From an uncultured Actinomycetes bacterium (lineage in GTDB: Bacteria > Actinomycetota > UBA4738 > HRBIN12): a stretch of DNA of 64,000 bases. Shown in pieces: positions 1-10,835 of this stretch. The DNA is taken from positions 68,982 through 132,981 of the forward strand of contig CAWEOB010000006.1 of assembly GCA_963810635.1 (NCBI GenBank). The letters are read 5' to 3'. Each line of letters begins with the position of its first letter. Position 1 is the stretch's first letter. The notes below the pieces were generated by a model. It was not told the origin of the DNA and made no database searches. It saw nothing but the letters and a program-made list of their open reading frames with translations. The translations under genes and the position numbers were made by a program.

Positions 1-1252
1 GCTGGAGCTCTCCCCGGATGTCGTCGGGGAGGGCCAGGAGCTCGGGCAAGGGAGAGGGATAGCGATCCTCGCTCGCCAGCTGCTCCTTGGTCGGCTCGGA
101 GAAGGTCGACCGGACCTCGTAGACGTCGCCCTCCTGCAGGCCCCCGGCAACCGTGACGGTGCCCGAGTCGGGGCTCCACGACACGTCGCGGTCGATGCTG
201 TACCCCGCGGCATCGGAGGGCACCGGGAGCCAATCGAAGTCCTCCAACCGGTTCACGACCGTGATGGTCGTGGTGGTGCTCCCGTCCCCGGTGGGGCTTC
301 CCAGGGTCGTTCCCTGGACGACGGGCTCCGGGTCGGTCTCATCGATCTGCCATTTGATGCCGTCGAAGATCTCGAGCGCCGTCATGCGCCAGTAGGTCGG
401 GCGGTCCGACTCCACCACGAAGACCTCTTGCGGGTCACCGTTCGTGAGCGACGACGCCATGCTCACCAGCGGGCTCACGCTGATCGCGCCGTCGTTGTCG
501 GACGACGAGATGTCGATGACCGCTCGGGAGCCGAAGCCTGGCAGGAGGAACGGCGCCGCCACGGCGAGGGCGACGGTGGCGAGTCCGATCCGGCGAGCGC
601 TCCTGCCGGTGGCGGTGAGGAAGTGCGAGCGACGGCCGGACCCGCTCCACACGGGCCCCCACCCTTGGACCCGGCGGATCGAGTCGGCGAACGCGATCGC
701 GAGCGCGGCGACCAGGAAGAGGACCCCGTAGACGGGCTTCACGAGATCGTCGAGCACGCTGTCGGCGAAGCCGATGAGTGCGAGCGGCGGGAGCAGCGCC
801 AGGAGCGGACTGCCGGCGCGGATCGCCAGGGCGTGACATGAGAACACCGCGGCCCAGACGGCCGTCACGCTCGCGAAGAGCAAGGGTGGCACCGGCTCCG
901 CCGGAGACACGCGGGCGCGTGCCTCCTCGCCGACGGCGCCCGCCGCGGTTCCCATGGCGGAGAGGGTGTCGAGGGTCGGGAGACCGTGCCAGAGCGTGCC
1001 CGGGAACACGATGAGGCCGACGGCGACCAAGAGCAGCCCCAGGCTCGCCACCGTCGCCAGGAGGAGGCTCCGCCGTTCGAACGCCCACGCGAGCACCCCG
1101 GAGGCCACCCCGGCGGCGATCATCTGGTACGTGCTCCCGCGTCCCACGAAGACGCGGCCGAACGCGAACCCCACCGCGACGCCGACGAGCACGACGGCGA
1201 CGAGCGAGGTCAGACGTTGGACGCGAGCCGTCGTTCCCTGGGTACGTGCCAT
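1..1252 (-). CDS. Transglutaminase-like TgpA-family membrane protein (N-terminal DUF3488-like TM region). Partial: the 3' end runs off the window start.
   Basis: Continuous minus-strand frame from ATG at 1252 to position 1 with no stops (MARTQGTTARVQRLTSLVAVVLVGVAVGF... multiple TM helices). Sits 3' of the MoxR-DUF58 pair as in the known three-gene operons. An alternative GTG start near 1192 would avoid the overlap with the DUF58 stop. Confidence 0.55.
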   Translation of the reverse strand, partial: MARTQGTTARVQRLTSLVAVVLVGVAVGFAFGRVFVGRGSTYQMIAAGVASGVLAWAFERRSLLLATVASLGLLLVAVGLIVFPGTLWHGLPTLDTLSAMGTAAGAVGEEARARVSPAEPVPPLLFASVTAVWAAVFSCHALAIRAGSPLLALLPPLALIGFADSVLDDLVKPVYGVLFLVAALAIAFADSIRRVQGWGPVWSGSGRRSHFLTATGRSARRIGLATVALAVAAPFLLPGFGSRAVIDISSSDNDGAISVSPLVSMASSLTNGDPQEVFVVESDRPTYWRMTALEIFDGIKWQIDETDPEPVVQGTTLGSPTGDGSTTTTITVVNRLEDFDWLPVPSDAAGYSIDRDVSWSPDSGTVTVAGGLQEGDVYEVRSTFSEPTKEQLASEDRYPSPLPELLALPDDIRGELQ

Positions 1253-2440
1253 CGTTCGGAGAGCCTCTGACTGGGGGACAGGACGACGCAGTCCCACCCC
1301 GCGCGGGTGAGCACGAGGGTGGCTTGGGTCGCACGGCCTTCGAGCTGCTTCTTGCGGACGGGCGGGACGGACGAGGGATCCACGGGGTGGATCAAGATCG
1401 CCAGCTTCGGACCGTATCCCGATCCGGCGCGCGCCAAGGTGGGGAGCTCGCGCTCGTTCGGCGGGGCCGCGACGAAGACGAGGGAGGCCTCGGGTGAGGC
1501 GGCGCTCCGAAGGTGGGTGAGGGCCGTGGAGATCGACGGAGCGCGCCCGTGCGTCAAGCCGGCGAGGGCTTCGAGGAAGCGATCCTCGGTGAGGGTCGAG
1601 ACCGGAGTGTCGGCGGTGGCCAGGCGCAGCACGAAACCGTTCCGAGCCAAGAGCATCCCCACGCTGGCGGCGCACGACACCGCGCGCTCGAACGGGGGAT
1701 CGTGCGCCCGCCCGATGGCGGCCTCACGCGTGTCGATGAACAGGACCCCGGCGGCCCGTCGCGAGGCCTCGTTCTGGCGGATCATCGAGATCGCCCGTCT
1801 TCGCGACCGACGGCCAATGGATCAACCGCAGATCGTCACCTTCCTGGAACGCGCGCATCGTGAAGTAGTCCTCGCCGGTGCGGAGGAGCTGTCGTGCGCG
1901 AGCGGCACCGAAGCCGGCCCCGCTCGACGGGTCGTGCGGTGCGATGAGATCCTCGATCTCCGGCGTGACCAGGAGCTCGTCGCGCTGGTCGATGCGCAGG
2001 CGGTTGCGGCTGAGGGCGAACGGGTCGGAGATGTCGATCTTCAAGGGTCCGAGCGAGAACCTTCCGCGGGTCTGGGGCAGGAGCGTGTAGCTGAGGCTCT
2101 GCGCGGCGCGGCCGGCGATCCCGGTGACGACCAGGCGTGCAGGCCGACCGAGCGCCGGCGGGAGCACATCCTCGACCAGGAGCATCGGGGTCCGGCCGGT
2201 GGAGCGATTCCGGATCTCGAGCCCGACCGTGACGCGTGTTCCCGGCGCCACGCGGAAGTCGGACAGATGCCTGCGGACCTCGAGGTCCTTCCGGTTGATC
2301 CGCAACGAGAGGGCAGAGAGGAACGGCAGGACGCCGATGCCGATCGCCACGACCTCGAGCCCCGGCGACCCGATCAGCCGAGCCGCGAACCACATCGCGA
2401 GGCCCGCCAGCGCGACGGTGACCCCGCGGGACGCGAGCAT
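1210..2440 (-). CDS. DUF58 family protein (MoxR-associated). Apparent +1 insertion near 1786 splits it into two ORFs.
   Basis: ORF 1724..3025 (from Met196 'MLASRGV') carries the conserved GDDLRLIHWPSVAKTGDL. It continues as MIRQNEASRRAAGVLFIDTRE in ORF 1210..1785. The start ATG overlaps the moxR stop (ATGA). Confidence 0.7.
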
Positions 2441-3446
2441 CAGGGACTCTCCGCCACCGGGACGGGCGTCTGCGCGAGCAGCTCGGCCAGGAGGGAGTGC
2501 GGCGTCCTCCCGGACATGGCGGCGTCGGCGGTCACGATGATCCGGTGGGCGAGGACCGGGATGGCGAGGGCTTTGATGTCGTCGGGCACCACGTAGTCGC
2601 GCTCGACCGACGCGGCGTAGGCGCGGGCCGCCCGCAGGAGCATGATCGAGGCTCGGGGGCTGGCGCCCAGGTAGACGTCGGGGTGATCGCGCGTCGCCTC
2701 CACGATGGACACGATGTATCGGCGGATGGCGTCCGCGGTGTGCACCCGGGCGGCTCGCGCGATCATGTCGGCGACGCCGAGCGAGTCGGTGACCGGTCCG
2801 ATGTCCCGCAGCGGTTGCCCCGACGCGTGGCTGGTGAGGATGTCGGCCTCGACGTCCCGGTCGGGATAGCCGATCGAGAGTCGCAGCATGAAACGGTCGA
2901 GCTGTGCCTCGGGGAGCGGATACGTGCCCTCGTGCTCGACGGGGTTCTGCGTGGCGATCACCATGAACGGGGTGCCGAGGGCGTGGGTTTCGGCGTCGAT
3001 CGTGACCTGCCGCTCCTCCATGCACTCCAGGAGGGCGGACTGGGTCTTCGGGGAGGCGCGGTTGATCTCGTCGCCGAGCACGATGTTCGCGAACACCGCT
3101 CCGGGCTTGAACTCGAAGTCACCATGCTCCTGGTTGAAGACGTTCACCCCCGTGATGTCCGTGGGCAGCATGTCGGGCGTGAACTGGATCCGCCTGAACG
3201 AGCAATCGATCGAGCGGGCGATCGCCTTCGCGAGCATCGTCTTGCCGACGCCGGGCACATCTTCGATGAGGAGATGACCTTCCGCGACGAGGGCGACGAG
3301 CGCCAGACGGATCTCGTCGTGCTTGCCGCGAACGACCCGTTCCACGTTCGTGGCGACCTCGCCGAAACGGGCGGCGAACGCCCCCTCGTCCCGGTCCCGC
3401 TCAAGCTGGTCCACGAGCACCTCCCTCGAACCGTCCCATGGTACGG
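2440..3446 (-). CDS. moxR: MoxR-family AAA+ ATPase
   Basis: 335 aa from MAAAVPWDG. Walker A GVGKT and the MoxR signature [28 protein letters not shown]. Confidence 0.85.
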
Positions 3447-3723
3447 CCGCAGCCATATTCCGTTCTACGTGCGGGCGGCGGCGCCAAGGTGTATCGCCGT
3501 TGCGTGCGGATGTCCCCATCTCGATATGAAGACGCCCGAGAGCGCCGTTTCGTTGAGCGAGGATGGACCGGAAAGGAACCGAAGGGAAGAGGAAGGGCCG
3601 CCTCGGTCGGCGGACGCCCCGCGCGGCCCCTGTTCGCAACTCCAGGCATCCCGGCCGAGGCGGCCCCGCGGGAAGATTACACACTTGTGATCTTGGTCTC
3701 CAGCGCTGCACCGTCCCGTACAC

Positions 3724-4215
3724 TTGCGTGTCATGGGACGCTCCCTCGTCCTCAATGTGACCGACCTGCCGCTCGCGGTCGTACCCGCGAGGCGGGCCGT
3801 CGTGCTCGTCCTCAAGGACAAGGCAGAGGTCGTCTTGTCGAACGGGGCCATCTTCCGGTCCGAGAAGATCACCTTCGAGGCGCCGTCCATCGTCCGGCTC
3901 CGCCGGTTCGTGCACGTGCCGTTCCGCGCCCACGCTCCCCTCACGCGCCGGGCGGTGTTCGCACGTGACGGTTGGCAGTGCCAGTACTGTGGTTCCACCG
4001 CCGAGAACCTGGACCACGTCGTCCCCCGGAGCCGAGGGGGCCTGCACGTCTGGGAGAACGTGGTTGCTGCCTGCCGGCGCTGCAACGCCAAGAAGATGGA
4101 CCGGACGCCGAGCGAGGCCGGCTTCCATCTCCACCGGCAGCCGTTCGCACCCTCGGACGGCTTCCGGCTCACGCTCGGCCAGCCCGAACCGGGCTGGGAG
4201 CAGTACCTGATCTGA
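3724..4215 (+). CDS. HNH endonuclease family protein (McrA-like, conserved actinobacterial)
   Basis: CQYCG...H(N)...CRRCNAKK zinc-finger/HNH motifs. Divergent from moxR. Confidence 0.7.
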   Translation: MRVMGRSLVLNVTDLPLAVVPARRAVVLVLKDKAEVVLSNGAIFRSEKITFEAPSIVRLRRFVHVPFRAHAPLTRRAVFARDGWQCQYCGSTAENLDHVVPRSRGGLHVWENVVAACRRCNAKKMDRTPSEAGFHLHRQPFAPSDGFRLTLGQPEPGWEQYLI

Positions 4216-4302
4216 GGCTGTCCCCGGATCGTCCTGGTTCCCGCGGCCAACCGCCGCGTCCACACCCTCGCCATCTCCGAACAACAGTTCGGGCGCACTC
4301 TA

Positions 4303-4370
4303 CGTTGACGTAGTGGAGTACTAGTGGCATAAACGGGGACCCAAGTGGAGGAAAGGGGAGGACGCGTGGC
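4303..4370 (+). promoter_or_regulatory. mra promoter region with a tandem G(T/G)GG direct-repeat array at a 10-11 bp period (candidate MraZ binding repeats)
   Basis: TTGACG at 4303-4308. GTGG at 4313, 4324, 4345, 4366 and GGGG at 4335, 4355, evenly phased, ending at the mraZ start. SD-like AGGGGAGGA at 4354-4362. Confidence 0.4.
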
Positions 4371-4795
4371 CGAACTCCTCGGCACGCATAGCTACCAGCT
4401 CGACCCGAAGGGGCGCGTGTCCCTGCCGGGCCGGTTCCGCGAGGCGTTCGCCGACGGGACGTGGCTCACGGTGGGACAGGACGGGTGCCTCTTCGCCTTC
4501 CCCAGGGCCGAGTGGGAGCGCCGTGCCGACGAGATCGGCGCGTCCCCCCTTTCCGACGCGACGGGGCGCGCCTACGCCCGCATGTTCTTCGGCGGCGCGG
4601 AGGAAGCGAAGCTCGACAGCCAGGGGCGGCTCGACGATCCCCCAGCGGCTCCGGGATGCCGCCGCGATCCGCTCGGAGGTCGTGGTCCTGGGCGTCCGGG
4701 AGCGGATGGAGATCTGGGACCGCGAGTCCTACGAGCGCTACCTGGCCGAGTTCGCCGGCGCGTATCAGGCAGGGTCCCTCGAACCAGGGAGGTAA
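4366..4795 (+). CDS. mraZ: Transcriptional regulator MraZ. Apparent +1 insertion at about 4633-4636.
   Basis: N-terminal LLGTHSYQLDPKGRVSLP and SQGRL are in frame 1. The C-terminal IPQRLRDAAAIRSEVVVLGVRERMEIWDRESYERY is in the next frame (ORF 4523..4795). An upstream GTG at 4345 is an alternative start. Confidence 0.75.
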
Positions 4796-4916
4796 CGAGC
4801 GTGGAACCACGCGGGAAGTTGGCGAGTGAGGTCAGGCAGAGCCTCTCCTTGATCGGCATGACGGCGCTCACGCTGCTCGCGTCGATCGGGTTCGGACTGC
4901 TGGTCGGACGCGCCGG

Positions 4917-5813
4917 GTGACGCGAGGCCGGCGGGCGATCGATGGAGCGGCTGAGCACGAGCCCGTCATGGTGACCGAGGTCGTCGGGTACCTCGCGGGC
5001 CGTGACACGGTGCTCGATCTGACGCTCGGGGCGGGGGGCCACGCGGAGGCGCTGCTCGGGGCTGGCGTCGGCCGCATCATCGGTGTCGACCGCGACCCCG
5101 AGGCTCTCGAGCTCGCCGCCGCGAGACTGGCGGGATACGGAGACCGGTTCAGGGCGGTGCTCGCGCGGTTCTCGGAGATCGAGCTGGAGACGGTCGGAGC
5201 CCCTGCCGACGGTGCCCTGTTCGATCTCGGGGTGTCGTCCATGCAGCTCGATCAGGCCGAGCGCGGCTTCTCGTACCGGAACGACGGGCCCCTGGACATG
5301 CGGATGGGATCCGCGGCCGATGTGGAGCCCGACCCGACCGCGGCCGATCTCGTGAACCACCTCCCGGAGCGGGACCTGGCCGATCTGATCTTCCGCTTCG
5401 GGGACGAGCGCCGATCGCGTCGGATCGCCGCGGCGATCGTCCGTCGGCGGCCGCTCACGACCACCGATGATCTCGCCGCCGCAGTCGTGAGCGCCGTGGG
5501 ACGGCGTCCGGGGGGCCCCCACCCCGCGCGTCGCACGTTCCAGGCGCTCCGCATCGCGGTCAACCGGGAGCTCGAGGAGCTCACCGCGTCCCTGCCTCAC
5601 GCGGCGGGGCTCCTCGGCCCCGGTGGCCGCGTGGTCGTGATCTCGTACCACTCCCTGGAGGACGGGATCGTGAAGCGGGGTCTCCGCGACGATCCGCGGT
5701 GGCGCGTCCTCACGAAGAAGCCGCTCGTTCCGTCCGCGGAAGAGATCGGGAGGAACCCTCGTGCGCGGAGCGCGAAGCTGCGTGCCGCCGACCGGCTGGA
5801 GGAAGCCGCGTGA
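4917..5813 (+). CDS. rsmH: 16S rRNA (cytosine1402-N4)-methyltransferase
   Basis: Full-length RsmH/MraW homology (DLTLGAGGHAEALL, SYHSLEDGIVK). Conserved position after mraZ. Confidence 0.85.
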   Translation: MTRGRRAIDGAAEHEPVMVTEVVGYLAGRDTVLDLTLGAGGHAEALLGAGVGRIIGVDRDPEALELAAARLAGYGDRFRAVLARFSEIELETVGAPADGALFDLGVSSMQLDQAERGFSYRNDGPLDMRMGSAADVEPDPTAADLVNHLPERDLADLIFRFGDERRSRRIAAAIVRRRPLTTTDDLAAAVVSAVGRRPGGPHPARRTFQALRIAVNRELEELTASLPHAAGLLGPGGRVVVISYHSLEDGIVKRGLRDDPRWRVLTKKPLVPSAEEIGRNPRARSAKLRAADRLEEAA

Positions 5814-6268
5814 GCGCTCCCGCCCGGAGGCTCCAAGAACCACCCTCGGCCCGGCCCGTCCGGACACCCCGGCGCCCCGCCGGTCGAGGTGCACCCTCGC
5901 CACGACGTGCGCCCACCCGCACGCCCGCGGCGCGCCCGCCGACCCCTTCCCCTCCCTCGCTCCGCTGGCGGGCGCGCCGCGGGTCCACCCCCGCGTTCTG
6001 GGTCCTCACCTTCGTGATCGTGACCGCCCTCGTGGTCGGCATCGTGTCGATCTCGGCGCTGCTGGTCCGTACGAGCTTCCAGGAGGACGAGCTCCGCTCC
6101 CGCCTGGTCGCCCTCGCGGACGAGCGGGAAGGGCTCATCCGTGAGGCGGCGGGACTCTCCTCCCCGGCGCGCGTCCAGGCGTGGGCCCGCGCGGATGGCA
6201 TGGTCATCCCCGACCAGGTGGTCACGCTCCGGGTGAAGCCATCGCCGACCGGTGGACGCTCCGGTTGA
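5810..6268 (+). CDS. ftsL: FtsL-like septum formation initiator (Pro/Arg-rich N-terminus, single TM helix, coiled coil)
   Basis: GTG start overlaps the rsmH stop (GTGA). TM segment FWVLTFVIVTALVVGIVSISALLV followed by a coiled coil. Position between rsmH and ftsI. Confidence 0.5.
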   Translation: MSAPARRLQEPPSARPVRTPRRPAGRGAPSPRRAPTRTPAARPPTPSPPSLRWRARRGSTPAFWVLTFVIVTALVVGIVSISALLVRTSFQEDELRSRLVALADEREGLIREAAGLSSPARVQAWARADGMVIPDQVVTLRVKPSPTGGRSG

Positions 6269-7974
6269 GCCGGCCACCGGTCCGCCGGCTGGTCGCTCTC
6301 CTGGTGGTCATGATCTTCGCACTCGTTGGCGTCGTGGTTCGTCTGGCGGTCCTTCAGGTGCGCCGGTCCGATTCCTTCTCTGCGATGGGGATCGATCAAC
6401 GCAATCGGACCGTGGAGCTCAGCGCGCTCCGCGGCGACATCCTCGACCGCAACGGCGTGCCCCTCGCCATGACCCTCGAGGCCCGGGACGTCTACGCGAA
6501 CCAGCGCTTCGTCACCGACCCCGTGACCGAGGCCGCCCGGATCGCGCCGATCCTCGAGCTCGAGGTCGCGGACGTCCGGAAGGCCCTCACCGGCACCGCG
6601 ACCTTCGTGTATCTCGCACGGCACGTGGACATCGACGTGGCGGAGGGGCTCGAGCAGCTCCATCTCCCCGGGATCGGCTTCCTTCCCTCACTGACCCGGT
6701 ACTACCCCGCGGGAGCCCTGGCACCGCAGGTCCTCGGGTTCGTCGGCGTCGATGGCGTGGGCCTGGCAGGCTTGGAGCAGCGCTACGAGACGCTCCTCGC
6801 CGGGAGGTCGGGTCAGCGGACCGTGGAGGTCTCCGCCCAAGGTCAGGAGATCGCCGGTGGCATGGAGGTCGCGAGCCAGCCCGTTCCCGGCAGCGATCTC
6901 GTCCTGTCGATCGATCGCGAGCTCCAGTTCCGGACCCAGGAGTATCTGAAGGCGGCCGTGAAGCAGAACGGGGCGAAGGGTGGCACCGTCATCGTCCTCG
7001 ATCCGATCACGGGGGACGTGCTCGCGATGGCGACCTATCCGTGGTTCGACCCCAACGCCTTCGAGGACGCCCCCCCCGAAGCCCGGTCGAACCGCGCGGT
7101 CACCGACGCCTGGGAGCCGGGCTCCGTCAACAAGATCATCACGGCCGCGGCCGCGCTCGAGACGAACGCGGTCTCGCTCACCGAGCGCTTCATGGTCCCG
7201 GGCACCCGCGAGATCGAGGGGTTCACCATCCACGACTCGCATCCGCACGGACCGGAGTCGATGACCCTCGGCGACATCATCGTGGAGTCGAGCAACGTGG
7301 GCAGCTCCATGGTCGCCGACGAGGTCGGCAACGACGCGATGGCCGCGTACTTCGGCCGTTTCGGCTTCGGCCACCCGTCCGGGGTCGGGTTCCCGGGCGA
7401 GGCCGCGGGGCTCATGCCGTCGCTCACCGAGTGGACCGGCCTCACGCGAGCCACGGTGTCCTTCGGCGCCGGTGTGGCCGTCACGCCTCTGCAGATGGCG
7501 AGCGTCTACGCCACCATCGCCAACGGCGGCACCTGGGTCCAGCCGCGCCTCGTCAGTGGCACGGTGGGAATCGACGGGACGACCCGGCCGGTCGAGGATC
7601 CGCCGACCCGGCGGGTGCTGCGCCCCGGCACCGCCCGGACGCTGACGCAGATGCTCGCGATGGTCGTCGAGGAAGGCACCGGTGAGGCGGCTCAGATCCC
7701 CGGCTACCAGGTCGCGGGGAAGACGGGGACCGCGAAGAAGCTCGACGACCAGGGCCGGTACGTGAACCGATACGTCGCATCCTTCATGGGGTTCCTCCCG
7801 GCATCGGACCCGAGGGTCGTGGTGGCGGCCATCCTGGATGAGCCCACGACCGTCTACGGCGGTGTCGCCGCCGCGCCGCTGTTCCAGAACGTCGCGAGGT
7901 TCGCGATCCAGCGACTCGGCATCGAGCCGGCTCCTGCGGTGCAGCTGCCCTCGTACGCGATCTCGCGTCCATGA
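6265..7974 (+). CDS. ftsI: Peptidoglycan D,D-transpeptidase FtsI (class B PBP)
   Basis: SVNK (SxxK), SSN and KTGT motifs. N-terminal TM helix. The exact start is uncertain (TTG 6265, GTG 6304 or ATG 6310). Confidence 0.85.
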   Translation: MSRPPVRRLVALLVVMIFALVGVVVRLAVLQVRRSDSFSAMGIDQRNRTVELSALRGDILDRNGVPLAMTLEARDVYANQRFVTDPVTEAARIAPILELEVADVRKALTGTATFVYLARHVDIDVAEGLEQLHLPGIGFLPSLTRYYPAGALAPQVLGFVGVDGVGLAGLEQRYETLLAGRSGQRTVEVSAQGQEIAGGMEVASQPVPGSDLVLSIDRELQFRTQEYLKAAVKQNGAKGGTVIVLDPITGDVLAMATYPWFDPNAFEDAPPEARSNRAVTDAWEPGSVNKIITAAAALETNAVSLTERFMVPGTREIEGFTIHDSHPHGPESMTLGDIIVESSNVGSSMVADEVGNDAMAAYFGRFGFGHPSGVGFPGEAAGLMPSLTEWTGLTRATVSFGAGVAVTPLQMASVYATIANGGTWVQPRLVSGTVGIDGTTRPVEDPPTRRVLRPGTARTLTQMLAMVVEEGTGEAAQIPGYQVAGKTGTAKKLDDQGRYVNRYVASFMGFLPASDPRVVVAAILDEPTTVYGGVAAAPLFQNVARFAIQRLGIEPAPAVQLPSYAISRP

Positions 7975-9477
7975 CCGGGGAGCAGGGCCGTGTAGGCTCG
8001 CGGCCGGTGGACCGCCCCTTCCCCCCCGTCACGCTCGCCGCGGTCGCCGACGGCGAGAAGATCCGCGGCGATCCCGAGACCCGCGTCGTGGACGCGGCCT
8101 ACGACTCCCGCGAGACAGGTCCGGGGTTCCTCTTCTTCTGCATCCGCGGAGGGCATCAGGACGGCCACGATCATGCGGGTGAGGCCGCCGCACGGGGTGC
8201 GACCGCCCTCGTGGTCGAGCGGTGGCTCGACGACGTGGAGCTCCCGCAGATCCACGTGTCGTCCGTCCGTTCGGCGATGGGTCCGATGTCGGCCACGGTC
8301 TTCGGGGATCCTGCATCGTCGCTCACGCTGGTCGGCGTCACCGGCACGAACGGGAAGACGACCACGACCTACCTGCTCGAGGCCGTGTTCCGCGCCGCCG
8401 GGAGGACCCCGGGCGTGATCGGCACCACGGGGGCGAGGATCGATGGCCGTGCGGAGGCTCTCGCCCGCACCACTCCCGAGGCACCCGATCTGCATCGGCT
8501 GTTGGCCCGGATGCTCCGTGGAGGCGTCGACACGGTCGCGATGGAGGTGTCGTCCCACGCGCTCGCCCAAGGCAGGACCGATGGAGCCGTCTGCGACGTG
8601 GCCGTGTTCACGAACCTCTCCCAGGACCACCTGGACTACCACACGTCGATGGAGGCGTACTTCGATGCGAAGGCGCGGTTGTTCATCCCCGCGATGGCTC
8701 GCCACGGCGTCATCAATGTCGACGACCCGTTGGGCCGGAGCCTCGCCGAACGCCGCTCCATCCCGGTGACCACGTACGCCCTCGAGCGTGACGCCGACGT
8801 CGGCGCCAGCAACGTGCGTGCCGACGCCGACGGTCTCTCCTTCGTGGCGGACGGCGTCTCGGTCCGGTCGCGCTTGCTCGGCCGGTTCAACGCGTGGAAC
8901 TGCCTCAGCGCCTTCGCGACCGGCCGGGTCCTGGGGTTCGAGGCGGACGTCGTGGCCGACGGCATCGCCTCGGTGCGAGACGTCCCCGGCAGGATGGAGC
9001 TCGTCGAGGCCGGCCAGGAGTTCCTCGTGGTGGTGGATTACGCGCACACGCCGGATAGCATCCTCGGCGTGCTCCGGGGCGCACGCCCGCTCGCAACGGG
9101 CCGGGTGATCGTGGTGTTCGGTTGTGGTGGTGACCGCGACCGGGCGAAGCGTCGCGACATGGGGCGAGCCGCCACGGCGGAAGCGGATCTGACCATCGTG
9201 ACCAGCGACAATCCGCGGTCCGAAGACCCGCTGTCGATCGATCGCGTCGATCCTTCCGGGGGCGGACGAAGGCGGCGGGGCCTACGTCGTCGAACCCGAT
9301 CGTCGGGCCGCGATCCGGTCCGCCATCGACGACGCCGGGCCGGGTGACGTCGTGGTGATCGCGGGCCGAGGTCACGAGACGATCCAGGAGACCCGATCCG
9401 GGCAGGCGCCGTTCGACGACCGTGTCGTGGCGCGCGAGGAGATCGTCCGGTCGCAGGTCCGCGGTGGCGCCGCGTGA
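7971..9477 (+). CDS. murE: UDP-N-acetylmuramoyl-tripeptide synthetase MurE. Apparent +1 insertion at about 9246-9249.
   Basis: GTNGKTT and DNPRSEDP motifs. The true C-terminus ([47 protein letters not shown]...) lies in the next frame and ends with a TGA overlapping the murF GTG. Confidence 0.8.
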
Positions 9478-10835
9478 AGCCGCGGTTGCTGTCCGACGTG
9501 GCCCGCGCGGTCGGCGGGATGCTGCTCGGCACCGACGCCGTCGTGTCGTCCATCGCGACCGACTCCCGGGAGGTCACGCCGGGTGCCCTGTTCGTCGCCC
9601 TCCCGGGGACGCACGTCGATGGACACCGCTTCGTCGAAGAGGCCTTCAGCCACGGCGCGGCCGGCGTCTTGGTCCGCGACGGGGCCACCGTGGACGGCGC
9701 GGCCGTGCATGTCCGGAGCACGGGCGAGGCGCTCCTGCGGCTCGCGGCGGATGAACGCCGCCGCTTCGAGGGCACGGTGGTCGCGATCACCGGCGCGAAC
9801 GGGAAGACGACGACGAAGGACATGACGGGCGTGGTGTGCGAGACGTCGCTGCGGACCCACGTCAGCCCGGCCTCGTTCAACAACGAGATCGGGCTCCCGG
9901 TGACGCTCCTGGGCGCGCCGCCGGACGCGGAGGTGATCATCGCCGAGCTCGGTGCACGACGCCGCGGCGACGTCACCTTCCTCTGCGGGATCGCGGTACC
10001 GCGCATCGTGGTCGTGACCAACGTCGGCGTCGCCCATATGGAGGTGTTCGGGTCGTGGGACGCCATCGTCGAGGCCACGGCGGAGCCGGTCCACGCCCTC
10101 GGTACCGATGGTGTGGCCATCCTGTCGGCTGACGACCCCGTCGTGGCGGGGTATGCGGAACGGTGTGCGGGCCGCGTGGTCACGGTCGGCCTCGCACCGT
10201 CGGCCGATCTCCGAGCGGAGAACGTCGTCCTCGATGCCGACGGGCTCGCAGCGTTCGACATCGTCACGGGCGGCCACCACGAGCCGGTTCGGCTCGCGGT
10301 GCCCGGAGAGCACATGGTGCCGAACGCCCTCGCCGCCGCGGCGGTGGGCCTCGAGCTCGGCGTTCCGCTCTCGACCGCCGCCACGGCGCTCGCCGCGGCC
10401 GCCCCCTCGCCGTGGCGGATGGAGACCTTCGTCACCGACCGCGGGGTGCGTGTCGTGAACGACGCGTACAACGCGAACCCGGAATCGATGGCTGCCGCGC
10501 TCCGCACGGCTCGGTGGATGGCGGTCGACGGCCGGCTCATCGCCGTGCTCGGGCAGATGGCCGAGCTCGGCGATATCGCGGAGCGGGAGCACGAGCGCAT
10601 CGGGGAGCTGGCCGCTCGACTCCGGGTCGACCGGCTCATCGCCGTCGGCGCCGCCGCGAGGACGATCGCCGTGGCCGCCATCCGCGAGGGCGTGGAGCCC
10701 GAGAACGTCGCCACCTACGAGGATGCGGACGAAGCGCTCGACGACGTCCGCACCGCGACGCAGCCGGGCGATGTCGTGGTGGTGAAGGGTTCCCGGGTCG
10801 CGAGACTCGAGACGCTGGCGGAGGCCCTCAGGTGA
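9474..10835 (+). CDS. murF: UDP-MurNAc-pentapeptide synthetase MurF
   Basis: Intact 453 aa. [15 protein letters not shown]. Confidence 0.9.
   Translation: MKPRLLSDVARAVGGMLLGTDAVVSSIATDSREVTPGALFVALPGTHVDGHRFVEEAFSHGAAGVLVRDGATVDGAAVHVRSTGEALLRLAADERRRFEGTVVAITGANGKTTTKDMTGVVCETSLRTHVSPASFNNEIGLPVTLLGAPPDAEVIIAELGARRRGDVTFLCGIAVPRIVVVTNVGVAHMEVFGSWDAIVEATAEPVHALGTDGVAILSADDPVVAGYAERCAGRVVTVGLAPSADLRAENVVLDADGLAAFDIVTGGHHEPVRLAVPGEHMVPNALAAAAVGLELGVPLSTAATALAAAAPSPWRMETFVTDRGVRVVNDAYNANPESMAAALRTARWMAVDGRLIAVLGQMAELGDIAEREHERIGELAARLRVDRLIAVGAAARTIAVAAIREGVEPENVATYEDADEALDDVRTATQPGDVVVVKGSRVARLETLAEALR

Noticed and set aside
435-1334. 299-aa Arg-rich minus ORF
   Set aside because: Wrong frame of the TgpA-like gene. 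The continuous TM-rich frame starting at 1252 is the real CDS.
3724-4215. HNH endonuclease as part of a restriction-modification system or mobile element
   Set aside because: No adjacent methyltransferase, integrase or repeats. This HNH family is a conserved chromosomal gene in Actinomycetota.
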